The position numbers and the translations under genes were made by a program. From NCBI GenBank assembly GCA_001778495.1, contig MFHE01000007.1, positions 3,996 to 67,995 on the forward strand: 64,000 bases of DNA, in the 5' to 3' direction. Under the pieces are notes generated by a model. That model made no database searches, was not told the DNA's origin, and saw only the letters and a program-made list of their open reading frames with translations. Below are positions 1-9,711 of the stretch, piece after piece (positions within the stretch are counted from its first letter, which is position 1; every line of letters begins with the position of its first letter). This stretch comes from Candidatus Giovannonibacteria bacterium RIFCSPHIGHO2_01_FULL_45_24. GTDB lineage: Bacteria; Patescibacteriota; Minisyncoccia; UBA11713; 2-01-FULL-45-33.

Positions 1-50
1 GACCTATTCCCGGAAGCTTTTCAAATAATTTTCGAAGCTGGGCTAGATAA

Positions 51-1403
51 TCAGAATTCACTGGTTTCTATGGAGGTAAAACTGGCTTTTTCCTGGTTGA
101 AATATAGCGTGACTTCACCGGTCGGGCCGTTTCTGTGCTTGGCGATAATGATGTCGGCCTGATTTTTTCTGTCCGAATTTTCTTTCACCTTGTCCTCACG
201 GTAAATAAAAGCGACAACGTCCGCGTCCTGCTCAATCGCGCCGGATTCGCGGAGGTCCGAAAGCTGGGGTTTTTTATTCGGTCGGGCTTCCACGGCGCGG
301 CTAAGCTGGGAAATCGCCAAAACCGGCACCTTGAGCTCCCTCGCCAAGGCCTTGAGCGAGCGCGAAATTTCCGTGATTTGCTGGACCATGCTGTCGGATT
401 GGATTCTGGGCACCATAAGCTGGAGGTAGTCCACAATCAAAAGCCCTAGCCCTTTTTCTGCCTGCAATCTTCTTGCTTTTGCCCGCATTTGTAAAATATT
501 AATCGCAACTTCATCGTCAATATAAAGTGGCGCAGAGTTTAATCTCCCCATTGCATCGCGAATCATTTCAAACTCGTCCTCCGAAGAAAGCCGGCCAGTC
601 CGCAAATCCCATAAATTCACGTGCGCTTCGGCCGCAATCAACCTGTCCACCAGTTGCTCTTTTGACATCTCCAAAGAAAAAATACCTACGGGAATGCCTT
701 CTTCAAGCGCCACGTGCCTGGCGATATCCATCGCCAAAGCGGTTTTGCCCAAAGACGGGCGGGCAGCCAAAACTATGAAATCGGAGCGCTGAAGGCCGGA
801 GAGCTTGTTATCCAGCACTTTAAATCCGGTGGGCACTCCGCGCAGAAGCCCTCCGGTTTTATGAATCTTGTCTATTCTTTCCCACGCCTCTTCCAAAGCT
901 CCCGCTACCGGCTCAAAGCCCTTGACTAAAGATTTTTGGGAAATTGCAAAAATGCGCTTTTCCGCTTCGTCCATCAAAAGATTCACGTCTTCGCTTTCCT
1001 GATAGCCCATTTGCGAAATCTCGTGGGAAACGGAAATTAGGTCGCGCAGAATCTTCTTTTTTCTCACGATTTCTGCGTAATAAACGGCGTTGGACGCAGT
1101 CGGGACGCTGTTTACAAGCGTTGTAAGATAGCTGTTGCCGCCGATCTCTTCCAATCTGCCCTCCGCCTTCACAAAATCGCCCACAGTAAGCACGTCTATC
1201 GGGCTTCTTTTTTGAAAAAGCGAAATCGCGGCGTCAAAAATTATCTGATGCTCTTTTTTATAAAAATCTTCATGGCTTACGATGTCGGCAACGCGGTCAA
1301 TCGTGCCGCCATCCAGCAAAATTGAGCCCAAAAGCGAGATTTCCGCATCCAAACTCTGCGGGGGCATGCGCGAAACGCTGAAAGGTGAAAATACCTGCGC
1401 CAT
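51..1403 (-). CDS. dnaB: Replicative DNA helicase
   Basis: N-terminal PPQSLDAE, Walker A AARPSLGKT, IVDYLQLM, SQLSR, DLRESGAIEQDAD, AKHRNGPTG; no intein. Confidence 0.98.
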   Translation of the reverse strand: MAQVFSPFSVSRMPPQSLDAEISLLGSILLDGGTIDRVADIVSHEDFYKKEHQIIFDAAISLFQKRSPIDVLTVGDFVKAEGRLEEIGGNSYLTTLVNSVPTASNAVYYAEIVRKKKILRDLISVSHEISQMGYQESEDVNLLMDEAEKRIFAISQKSLVKGFEPVAGALEEAWERIDKIHKTGGLLRGVPTGFKVLDNKLSGLQRSDFIVLAARPSLGKTALAMDIARHVALEEGIPVGIFSLEMSKEQLVDRLIAAEAHVNLWDLRTGRLSSEDEFEMIRDAMGRLNSAPLYIDDEVAINILQMRAKARRLQAEKGLGLLIVDYLQLMVPRIQSDSMVQQITEISRSLKALARELKVPVLAISQLSRAVEARPNKKPQLSDLRESGAIEQDADVVAFIYREDKVKENSDRKNQADIIIAKHRNGPTGEVTLYFNQEKASFTSIETSEF

Positions 1404-1481
1404 TACTTACAGTTTAAATATTTAAATATTTAAATGCAATAGCCGCGGAGTGAATCAAATGTGAAAAAGCTGTGAATCTTG

Positions 1482-2837
1482 TCAGACGAGGCGTGAATCT
1501 TGCCCGGTATCGTTGACTTGCCACCCCATTTTCTTAAGCTTTTCGCGGATTTTATCCGCTTTCTTAAAATCGCCCAATTTTCTGGCTCCTTCGCGTTCTT
1601 TTAGCAATTTCAGAATTCCCGGCGGCGGATGCTTCTGGCTTACACCCGCCAATCCAAGCCCCAAAACCCTGTCAAAATCATAGAAAAGTTCTAAAACTGC
1701 GCGGGCGGCAAATTTTTCCTTATTTTTATAATATTCATTCATCACGGCATGCACCACGGCAAGCGCCTTCGGGGTGTTTAGGTCGTTAAAGATGGCTTTT
1801 TGGAAAGTTAAAACTTTGCCTCGCGGGAAAAAACCGGGTTTTTGAGCAGATTTAAAACCCGGTTTTGAGGAGCGGGGCAAAGTTTTGAGCGTCCTTACAA
1901 ATTCATAAAGCCGTTCCAATGAATGCTCCGCCGCCCGTAGCGACTCCCATGTAAAATTCAACTGCGAGCGGTAATGAGCGGAGAGCATAAGATACCGGAG
2001 GGCTAAGGGATTAAAACCGCGTCGCTCCAAATCCCGCAAAGTAAAAATATTGCCGAGCGATTTTGACATTTTTTTGCCATTAACCAAAAGATGCTCGCCC
2101 TCAACAAAGTATTTTACGAATTTTTTACCCGTTGCGCCCTCTGACTGCGCGACTTCGTTTTCGTGGTGCGGGAAAAGCAAATCAACCCCGCCTGCGTGGA
2201 TGTCAAAGCCAGCACCCAAGTATTTCATAGACATCGCCGAGCATTCCAGATGCCATCCCGGGCGGCCGGGGCCGAACGGCGACTTCCAAGAAGGCTCGCT
2301 CTTTTTGGCGCGCTTCCAAATAGCAAAATTTTTTCTATTGCCCGGCTTCGGGTTCGCTAGCCGGCCATAAGATTTGAATTTTGAAATATCAAAATAAATT
2401 CCGTCTTTCGCGAAGTAAGCAATTTTTTTTTGGAGCAGCCGCTTCGCTATTTTAACCATCTCCGGAATATGCCCAGACGCTTCAGGATATTTCCAAGCCG
2501 GCAAAATATTTATTTTTTTAACATCGCCGAAAAACGCCGTTTTATATGGCGCGGAAAAATCGTCGATGTTTTTTTTGGCCGAGCGCGCGCCGGCGATTAT
2601 TTTATCGTCTATGTCCGTAATATTCATCACATGTTTTACTCTATATCCGGCGTATTCCAGAGTCCGGCGCAAAATATCCTCAAAAATATAAGTGCGCAGA
2701 TTCCCGATGTGCGCGTAGTTGTAAACCGTCGGCCCGCAGGCGTAAAAACCGACCCGCCCCCTTTTTATAGGCCTGAAAACCTCCTTTCTACGTCTTAGAA
2801 AATTGTAAATTTTCAGCACACTCTTAGAGTTTGCCAT
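1482..2837 (-). CDS. cysS: Cysteine--tRNA ligase (start may be the GTG at 2819)
   Basis: CGPTVY, HIGN, GRPGWHLECSAM, HAGGVDLLFPHHENE, KMSKS. Confidence 0.97.
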   Translation of the reverse strand: MANSKSVLKIYNFLRRRKEVFRPIKRGRVGFYACGPTVYNYAHIGNLRTYIFEDILRRTLEYAGYRVKHVMNITDIDDKIIAGARSAKKNIDDFSAPYKTAFFGDVKKINILPAWKYPEASGHIPEMVKIAKRLLQKKIAYFAKDGIYFDISKFKSYGRLANPKPGNRKNFAIWKRAKKSEPSWKSPFGPGRPGWHLECSAMSMKYLGAGFDIHAGGVDLLFPHHENEVAQSEGATGKKFVKYFVEGEHLLVNGKKMSKSLGNIFTLRDLERRGFNPLALRYLMLSAHYRSQLNFTWESLRAAEHSLERLYEFVRTLKTLPRSSKPGFKSAQKPGFFPRGKVLTFQKAIFNDLNTPKALAVVHAVMNEYYKNKEKFAARAVLELFYDFDRVLGLGLAGVSQKHPPPGILKLLKEREGARKLGDFKKADKIREKLKKMGWQVNDTGQDSRLV

Positions 2838-3489
2838 CAGCTAAAATTAATGCTTTGCTGTACAGTTGTCTATTGTGAGTATTAAATTCGTATTTAACGT
2901 CCACTAAAAGTTTTTCTATGTTGAGTATTTTCCAACTTTTACACTTAAATACATTTTTTTTACCTATCTTGCCCGCAATGTATATTTCATATGAAATAAT
3001 AAGGTGGTGAGCATCTTTTGTAACTTTAAAATCTTCAGATGGTGAGAGATAAAAAGATCGTTGAGTAGTATTAATGTTTTGTATATTAAAAGTTTTACAT
3101 TCTAAATAACTAGTCCTATTGAATTTATCTATAAATTCTATATCCGGGTAACCCATTGTTTTTTTCTGTTTGCTTTTTATGGTTCGCGGTGTATATGCCT
3201 CATAACCGATAGATAATAATGCTTTTTTAACGAACGGCTCTACGTCGTTCCCAACTTCATTGGGCCTAGCCCGCATTATGCCGGTTTTATTGATTTGTAT
3301 TCCTGCTATTTTTGCTACCCTTTTTAAATCCTTCAGAAGTATTACGTCTTTTTTATCGTTTTTATTAAAAGGTAAAATTTTTTTACCGGATATATTTTCT
3401 ATAACAAGATTAAAAGGTATACCTTTTAATGGAAATAGCATTTGTTTTATAACGTTTTCTAAATTTTTTGTATAACTAAGATTATTCAT
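2824..3489 (-). CDS. Putative type II restriction endonuclease (PD-(D/E)XK)
   Basis: GYPDIEF...YLECKT nuclease motif, NEVGND helix; AT-rich; starts 1 nt after the methyltransferase stop. Confidence 0.7.
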   Translation of the reverse strand: MNNLSYTKNLENVIKQMLFPLKGIPFNLVIENISGKKILPFNKNDKKDVILLKDLKRVAKIAGIQINKTGIMRARPNEVGNDVEPFVKKALLSIGYEAYTPRTIKSKQKKTMGYPDIEFIDKFNRTSYLECKTFNIQNINTTQRSFYLSPSEDFKVTKDAHHLIISYEIYIAGKIGKKNVFKCKSWKILNIEKLLVDVKYEFNTHNRQLYSKALILADGKL

Positions 3490-3490
3490 A

Positions 3491-4819
3491 TTATTTTTTA
3501 TAAAAAATTACAACGCGATTTGTATTAGTGCCTCTAATATTATTTTTTATCCCCCATATATTCGATGTCTTTGTAAAAGTTTGCATATTGACCAAAATAC
3601 CCACGCATTCAAATCCAGCTGCCAGCCCCATTGGTATAACATGCTCTTCCAAATTTATCGTGCCGCTCCTAACTTCTCCTACCTCAAAGGCCACCCATCC
3701 TCCTTTTTTTACAACTCTAAATAACTCATCGAATACCGCCCGCATAACATTAATCCACGTATTTATGTTCCTACACATTGTGATATTTTTAGAAATCTGC
3801 TTATCATTAATACCATTAAACCAACACCTCAACCAATTATCTTGAGAGTAATTGACTACATCTAAAAACGGCGGCGAAGTGACAACTAACTGCACAGAAT
3901 TATTATAAATTTCCGGAGTTCGCCTTGCGTCTTGTGTTAAAAATAATGCACTATTGCCCGCGCGCCTTAAGACCTCTTTTTCTTCTGCATCTATATTTCT
4001 AAGCAGATTAGAAGTCTTTTCTAAAATAATTTGTTTCATATTTCTATATTCTGGTTTTTGTTCTCTTTTTATATTTATTTTAACTTGATTTGCAGGAGAA
4101 ACAGCCTGATTCGGTGGTAATGTATATACTGAAAAAAAACCTTTAGAATGACCTGTTAATCTATTTGTAGCAATCATGCGAATCCACAAATCAAATTTAT
4201 CTTCTAATTTTTTATGTTGCCTGCCTAATAGATAATTCCTCAAAGACAAAATTTCTGATTCTGTTTTGGGGTGATAAAACATCGATAAATCTATATCCGC
4301 ATTAATATTATAAGCCAAAGGAATAATGTCTAATCTGTTTACAATTTCTCCTACAGTAGGAATAAAAAAACGTGGATACGCCAAAACCTTACTTAGAGGA
4401 TTTATATCATTTGATGCCACTTGTCTATCTAATAAACCAGCTTCTATTGCGGTAGTGCCTCTACCGCCGAATGGATCATAAACTAGATCGCCTTTTTTGC
4501 TTAATAGTTCAATAAAAAAGCGCGGTAATTGTGGTTTAAAGCAAGCTCGGTAAGAAATTTCATGTAATGAAGATGCCTGTCGCTGTTTTGCAGTCCAAAA
4601 CTCATTTATATACTTTGCATACTTTCTCCCACCTACATCATAGAAATTAAGCAACGTTTCGCTTCCCGCAGCGAGAGCTGAAAAGAGATTAAAATTTTCT
4701 TCAAATTGAAATTTTCTTAAATAAGTCTTTAATTTAAGTGGTGCTTTAATAAGCGCTAGCATCATATATATATCAATTCTGCCAAAAGCGTTTAAAAAAT
4801 CAAGTGAAGGATAATGCAC
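3491..4819 (-). CDS. Amino (N4-C/N6-A) DNA methyltransferase; start may be 4765
   Basis: SAM-binding DPFGGRGTT followed distally by catalytic TSPPF. Confidence 0.88.
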   Translation of the reverse strand: MHYPSLDFLNAFGRIDIYMMLALIKAPLKLKTYLRKFQFEENFNLFSALAAGSETLLNFYDVGGRKYAKYINEFWTAKQRQASSLHEISYRACFKPQLPRFFIELLSKKGDLVYDPFGGRGTTAIEAGLLDRQVASNDINPLSKVLAYPRFFIPTVGEIVNRLDIIPLAYNINADIDLSMFYHPKTESEILSLRNYLLGRQHKKLEDKFDLWIRMIATNRLTGHSKGFFSVYTLPPNQAVSPANQVKINIKREQKPEYRNMKQIILEKTSNLLRNIDAEEKEVLRRAGNSALFLTQDARRTPEIYNNSVQLVVTSPPFLDVVNYSQDNWLRCWFNGINDKQISKNITMCRNINTWINVMRAVFDELFRVVKKGGWVAFEVGEVRSGTINLEEHVIPMGLAAGFECVGILVNMQTFTKTSNIWGIKNNIRGTNTNRVVIFYKK

Positions 4820-4879
4820 ATAATTAAAACATTTAGAGCATATTGTAATATAAATATTTTTTTGCGATAATAACCAAAT

Positions 4880-6136
4880 ATGGACATAAAAAAACGCCTC
4901 GGCTTTGCGCTCATCGCGGCGGTGGTTTTGGCCTCAATATTCGCGCTTGGGTTTTATCTTGGCGTAAAAACCCCCGCGGAGGGTAAAATTTCTGGAATTT
5001 TAAACACAGCACCCCAAATAGGCACCGATAGAGAAGAAGTTGACTTTTCGGAATTTTGGCACGCCTGGAACATCGCGGAGGGAAAATTCGTGGACATAGA
5101 CAAGGTTAAAAGAAAAGAGATGGTTTACGGCGCGATAGCGGGAATGATTAAATCCTTGGGCGACCCATATACAGTATTTTTCAATCCGGAAGAAAATAAA
5201 ATTTTTAAAAGCGACATAAAAGGCGAATTTGAGGGCGTGGGAATGGAAATTGCCATAAGACGAGAAATCTTGGTAGTCGTGGCGCCGTTAAAAAGCACGC
5301 CTGCAGAGAAGGCCGGCATCAAGGCGGGGGACAAAATTCTTAAAATAGACGACCGCATCACCTCCGACATCAGCGTTGAAAAAGCGGTACGGCTTATCCG
5401 CGGCCCGAAAAGCACTAAAGTGAAACTGACTATTTTGAGAAACGGAGAAGACGAAAGCCGCATCATAGAAATTACGCGCGACGTGATTAAAATACCAGTG
5501 GTGGATACGGAAAGCAAAATCGCCGGCGGTGAGGGCGGCGAGGGAGAAAAAGATTTGGGGGACATTTTCGTAATCAAGCTTTATAATTTCTCTGAAAATT
5601 CTCCAGGAAAATTCAGAGACGCTCTCCGGGAGATGATTGAAAAAGGCCGCACCAAACTCATTATAGATTTGCGCAATAACCCCGGGGGTTATCTGGAAGC
5701 GGCCGTAGATATGGCCAGCTGGTTTTTGCCGCAAGGAGAAACAGTTGTGCAGGAGGACTTCGGGAGCAAATCCAAAAGAGTAATCCACCGGAGCAGAGGG
5801 TATTACGCCTTTAAAAATATCCCGATGGTCATATTGGTAAACCAGGGTTCGGCTTCGGCTTCTGAAATTTTGGCGGGGGCGCTCCGCGACCACGGCGTCG
5901 CGAAACTGATTGGCGAGCGGACGTTCGGGAAAGCTTCCGTTCAAGAGTTGGTTCCGCTTACCGCGAATACCTCTCTGAAAGTCACCATAGCCAAATGGCT
6001 CACGCCGAAAAGCCAATCTATCTCCGAGGGAGGGCTTACGCCGGACATTGAAGTTAAAACAGCCAAAGAAGACACGAATACCGGAAGAGACCATGTTATG
6101 GAACGCGCGGTAGATATTTTAAACAACTGGAAATGA
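4880..6136 (+). CDS. ctpA: S41 C-terminal processing peptidase with PDZ domain
   Basis: N-terminal TM, LGDPYT, GVGM PDZ loop, DLRNNPGG, SASASEILAGAL, TFGK. Confidence 0.93.
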   Translation: MDIKKRLGFALIAAVVLASIFALGFYLGVKTPAEGKISGILNTAPQIGTDREEVDFSEFWHAWNIAEGKFVDIDKVKRKEMVYGAIAGMIKSLGDPYTVFFNPEENKIFKSDIKGEFEGVGMEIAIRREILVVVAPLKSTPAEKAGIKAGDKILKIDDRITSDISVEKAVRLIRGPKSTKVKLTILRNGEDESRIIEITRDVIKIPVVDTESKIAGGEGGEGEKDLGDIFVIKLYNFSENSPGKFRDALREMIEKGRTKLIIDLRNNPGGYLEAAVDMASWFLPQGETVVQEDFGSKSKRVIHRSRGYYAFKNIPMVILVNQGSASASEILAGALRDHGVAKLIGERTFGKASVQELVPLTANTSLKVTIAKWLTPKSQSISEGGLTPDIEVKTAKEDTNTGRDHVMERAVDILNNWK

Positions 6137-6609
6137 AAATCATACTGCTCAAAGACGTTGTTAAACTTGGCCAAAAAGGGGACATAAAAGACGTCTCCGA
6201 CGGATATGCGCGGAATTTTTTGATTTTGCGGAATCTCGCCGCGCCGGCAACAGAGGAAAATATAAAAAAAACGGAGGCGGAGGCAAAAAGCAAAAAAACG
6301 CAAAGAGAGCACGACAACAAGGAATTCCATGCTTTAAAAACCGCCATTGCGGAGTCCCGCCTGCCGGACGGGCAAGAGGGGATAGCGGTCAGAAAAAAGT
6401 CCTACAAAAATGGGAAATTGTATGCCGCCGTCTCCGCAAAAGAAATCTTAGACGCGCTGAAAGCATTAGGTTTCCCTATGCCGGCGAATTTAAATGAGGA
6501 GATGGTGAAAATTGAAGAGCCGATCAAAACAACCGGCAAGCACAACGCCAGAATCGTGCTAGGGAAAGAGGAAATCAAACTACAGATACTTTGTGAATCC
6601 GCTTCCTAG
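6133..6609 (+). CDS. rplI: 50S ribosomal protein L9
   Basis: MKIILLKDV..LG..GD...VSDGYARNFL; GKLYAAV; IKTTG. Confidence 0.96.
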   Translation: MKIILLKDVVKLGQKGDIKDVSDGYARNFLILRNLAAPATEENIKKTEAEAKSKKTQREHDNKEFHALKTAIAESRLPDGQEGIAVRKKSYKNGKLYAAVSAKEILDALKALGFPMPANLNEEMVKIEEPIKTTGKHNARIVLGKEEIKLQILCESAS

Positions 6610-6847
6610 ATCCGTCAAACCTTGTTTTTCTTTTTGTTTCAAATTTAACAATTCCTTCCGCCACCGCGTAAATCGTGTCGTCTTTGCCGATTTTGGCCCC
6701 CGCTCCGGGGATGAATTTGGTGCCGCGCTGGCGCACCAAAATCGCGCCGGGCTTGGCTTTTTCTCCGGCGTATAGCTTTATTCCTAAATATTTTGGTTGG
6801 GAGTCCCTATTATTCTGCGTAGAACCTCCCGCCTTTGTATGCGCCAT
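6575..6847 (-). CDS. rpmA: 50S ribosomal protein L27
   Basis: MAHTKAGGSTQNNRDS, RQRGTKF, GKDDTIYA. Confidence 0.97.
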   Translation of the reverse strand: MAHTKAGGSTQNNRDSQPKYLGIKLYAGEKAKPGAILVRQRGTKFIPGAGAKIGKDDTIYAVAEGIVKFETKRKTRFDGSRKRIHKVSVV

Positions 6848-6848
6848 A

Positions 6849-8036
6849 TTAAGGAAGTTTAGCTGGTTTTAATGAAGAAGTCAAGACAATGAATTCTTTT
6901 GACAAAACGCGCTGGTCGGAGATTTGCTGGCGGATGGGAGAGGGAAGTTCTTTTAAAATGATTTTAAGCTTGGCTTCGTCCGCATCTAAAATAGCTTCCC
7001 ACTTGTCCGCCAGGCCGTTTGCGAATAAAATCTCGCGCACTTTGTCAAAATCGTATTTAAATCTCTGCTGGAGTTTTTTTGAAACAAAGTAGCCACGGTC
7101 GTCAAAAACGCGGTCAATCCTCTGGGCATCCATATAGGTCTTTATAATCTCTTGTAATTCTTTAACGCGTGCCGCGTTTTTATTGTCCGTTTCTTTAATA
7201 GCGAAATATTCTTTAAGCGCATCTTGCAATGCGGCTTCATCTGGAACAGGAAGTTCTGTTTTTGTATATAAATGCTTCCAAGCCGGGCAAATCGGCTTAT
7301 AGGGGCACCAGTCGCAAAGCGCGGAGACAACAGTGGGGAAATTATTTTGCGCCTGGCTTTGACTGATTTGTCTAATCGTTTTTAAAACAGAATTTCTTGT
7401 AGCGGACAGGTCATCGGCGGTTCTTTTGGAAGATATCTTTTCGTCGTGTTTTAAAAAATAAAGCGAGAGCTTGATTTTATCCGGAGAAATGCTTGGCCAT
7501 CTGCGCGTAAGCGCCATGTGGTAGAGCGACATTTGTAAATTCTGATCGGCCGCCTCCTGCGAGGGGAGCTTTCTATTTGTTTTATAATCTATAATTTCGT
7601 ATTCCCCGTCGCCGATTTTATCAATCCGGTCTATGATGCCGGCCAAAATATGCGCTTCCTGGGTCTCCGCGTCCGGCAGTAAAACCTCAAAGCGCGATTC
7701 TGTATCCACGACGGAAAAATTCCACGGCGGGTTTGATTTAAAAAACGTTTTGAGCATCTTCCGCCCGCTTTCGTCGTAGATTTGCGCGAGTTCTGATGCC
7801 AAAGCTTTGGACGCTTTAGTTGCGGCGCTTTTCCAATTCTCGGAAAAATTAACCAAAACCTCGTCTAGGGTGGGGAACAGGGGGTCGCGCGAAAACATAA
7901 ATTTAAGCGCCCCATGCACGGAACTTCCGAAAAGCGCCTCCGGCGACTTCGGCGCCTTTATTTTGTCTATGATTTGAAATTTAAACTTTTGCGGGCATTG
8001 CTGATATGTCGCCAGCGCCGAGTAAGAAGTGCGCAT
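6849..8036 (-). CDS. RecB/AddB/Cas4-like PD-(D/E)XK nuclease with 4-Cys cluster and C-terminal extension
   Basis: SYS...CP, G..VH, GIIDRID, IIDYKT, Q..LY, CDWCPYKPIC. Confidence 0.85.
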   Translation of the reverse strand: MRTSYSALATYQQCPQKFKFQIIDKIKAPKSPEALFGSSVHGALKFMFSRDPLFPTLDEVLVNFSENWKSAATKASKALASELAQIYDESGRKMLKTFFKSNPPWNFSVVDTESRFEVLLPDAETQEAHILAGIIDRIDKIGDGEYEIIDYKTNRKLPSQEAADQNLQMSLYHMALTRRWPSISPDKIKLSLYFLKHDEKISSKRTADDLSATRNSVLKTIRQISQSQAQNNFPTVVSALCDWCPYKPICPAWKHLYTKTELPVPDEAALQDALKEYFAIKETDNKNAARVKELQEIIKTYMDAQRIDRVFDDRGYFVSKKLQQRFKYDFDKVREILFANGLADKWEAILDADEAKLKIILKELPSPIRQQISDQRVLSKEFIVLTSSLKPAKLP

Positions 8037-8113
8037 GAGGGGAGTATAGCAAAAACTGCGGTTTTACTCTATAACAACAAGGTTCGCACAAGATGCCTTT
8101 TGCGACCCTTAGC

Positions 8114-8401
8114 TTATGGGTTTGTCGGGGTAAAAGGATTTATACCATTTTGAAAGCCCTTCATCGTATCCAAAAACGGTTGCCAAAAAATGCTGACCCA
8201 GATATTCCAAAAATAATTAAAGACTGCAGAAAGATAATTATCCCAAAGTATCCCCAACCACCGCCCCAAAAAACCAAAGTTCTCCCGAAGAACCGGGTTG
8301 GAAAAAAGTGAGTTTAAGGAGACTCCCAAAAGACTTAGTATTACCACCAAAAGCACCGCTATGACTATTATTTGCACAAAACCTTGCTTTTGCTTTTGCA
8401 T
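8114..8401 (-). CDS. Small membrane protein with prepilin-like N-terminus
   Basis: MQKQKQG|FVQIIVIAVLLVVILSLLG: basic leader, G-F, hydrophobic helix. Confidence 0.55.
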   Translation of the reverse strand: MQKQKQGFVQIIVIAVLLVVILSLLGVSLNSLFSNPVLRENFGFLGRWLGILWDNYLSAVFNYFWNIWVSIFWQPFLDTMKGFQNGINPFTPTNP

Positions 8402-8424
8402 CTTATTTCAATCTTTTTTAATCC

Positions 8425-9669
8425 TTATAAATAATTTGCCGGATCAAGGTACCCTCCATACGGTAAAACCCCGCAGATCCTGCTTTTTCTCAACTGCACT
8501 GTGCGCGAGTCGTAAACCGTAAAATGAAGGTGCGGGCCCGTGGTGTAACCGGTGTTTCCGCTATATCCAATTATATCGCCTTTTTGCACTTCTTGTCTAG
8601 CTCCGACCCTGACCAAAGAAAGGTGCGCATAGAGAGTCGCCAGCTTGTTGGGGTGTTCCATTAAAACCCATTTGCCATACGATCCTCTGGAGCAAATGTA
8701 ATCGGTATTGCCGGTTGCCTTGACTACGCCGCTCTCGGCGGCGCGCACCGGTGTGCCGACAGCCGCCCTGAAATCTATTCCATTGTGCCCGTTGCCGCCA
8801 TAAACATCGGTATATTTGGAAAACGACGTACGGCCGAATTCTTGGGTGATTACTCCTCCATCAATCGGGTTTAAAAGAATTCCGCTGCTGAAAGTCGGCA
8901 AAGAGCCGAAATCTATCTGTTTTTTTAGCTCGTTTTCTATTTGTTTTATCTCCTCGTAAATTTCGGCGCGGCGCCTTTCTCGGTCTTTAAGCAATTTTTG
9001 GTAAAGCGTTTCCTGATTTTTCGTTGCGGCAAGTAAATTATTTTTTTCCGCCTTTGCGTCTTTTTGGATTTCGCGCTGCGTCAGAAGCTCGTTCTGAAGA
9101 TTTTTTAAATCCCGCCGAGCCGCCTCTGCCTTCTGTTTGCGGTCTTCCAAGCTAAGCTTCAGCGTTTTTAATTCCTCATAATTCTCGTGTATGCTTTCAT
9201 TTAAAGATTTTATACGCTCAAGCTCGTCAAAAAAATCCGACATTGTGTCATATTTCAAAAGCGCGGCCAAAATTCCCTCGCTCTCTCTTGCGTTTAACCC
9301 CTCCAATATCTTGGCAAGCGCCACTTGGCGGTTTTTTATGGACGCCGAGGTGTCAGTGATGTTTTTGCCTAACTCTTTTATTTCCAGCTCTTTTTTTGAG
9401 ATGCGCTTCTCTGTAAGTGAGATTTGCGCGTTTAATTTTTTAACCTCGTTATCCAGCCGTTTTATCTCGCCTTTGAGGGTATTAGTGGTTGATTCTGCTT
9501 CTTCTATGCTTTCCTGATACCGCTTAATCTCCGTCTCCAATTGCTGGATTTCCTTGTTTTTTTGCTCAATCTGGTTTTTTAAATCATTTTCATCCGCAGC
9601 AAAAACCGGCGCTATAAAAACCAGCGCCAAAAGCGCCGCCACCCCAATGGTTTTAAAAATTAGTCTCAC
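8425..9669 (-). CDS. Coiled-coil M23 peptidoglycan endopeptidase (EnvC/CwlO-like architecture)
   Basis: Signal peptide, long heptad coiled coil, HNGID and HLH zinc motifs, GNTG.TTGPHLHF. Confidence 0.92.
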   Translation of the reverse strand: MRLIFKTIGVAALLALVFIAPVFAADENDLKNQIEQKNKEIQQLETEIKRYQESIEEAESTTNTLKGEIKRLDNEVKKLNAQISLTEKRISKKELEIKELGKNITDTSASIKNRQVALAKILEGLNARESEGILAALLKYDTMSDFFDELERIKSLNESIHENYEELKTLKLSLEDRKQKAEAARRDLKNLQNELLTQREIQKDAKAEKNNLLAATKNQETLYQKLLKDRERRRAEIYEEIKQIENELKKQIDFGSLPTFSSGILLNPIDGGVITQEFGRTSFSKYTDVYGGNGHNGIDFRAAVGTPVRAAESGVVKATGNTDYICSRGSYGKWVLMEHPNKLATLYAHLSLVRVGARQEVQKGDIIGYSGNTGYTTGPHLHFTVYDSRTVQLRKSRICGVLPYGGYLDPANYL

Positions 9670-9680
9670 AACCTTATTTT

Positions 9681-9711
9681 ACCCCGTTAGAAACAATATT
9701 TCTAATGGGGT
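9681..9711. repeat. Inverted repeat ACCCCGTTAGAAA-N5-TTTCTAATGGGGT containing the gltX stop codon
   Basis: 13-bp arms, one mismatch. Confidence 0.7.

Noticed and set aside
51..6136. Alternative genetic code (TGA read as Gly)
   Set aside because: TGA terminates dnaB and ctpA at the expected ends and genes are intact under code 11.
6575..6609. Convergent 3' overlaps (rplI/rpmA; also miaA/gatB at 63376-63407) as antisense regulation
   Set aside because: Short tail overlaps are expected in compact genomes; no further support.
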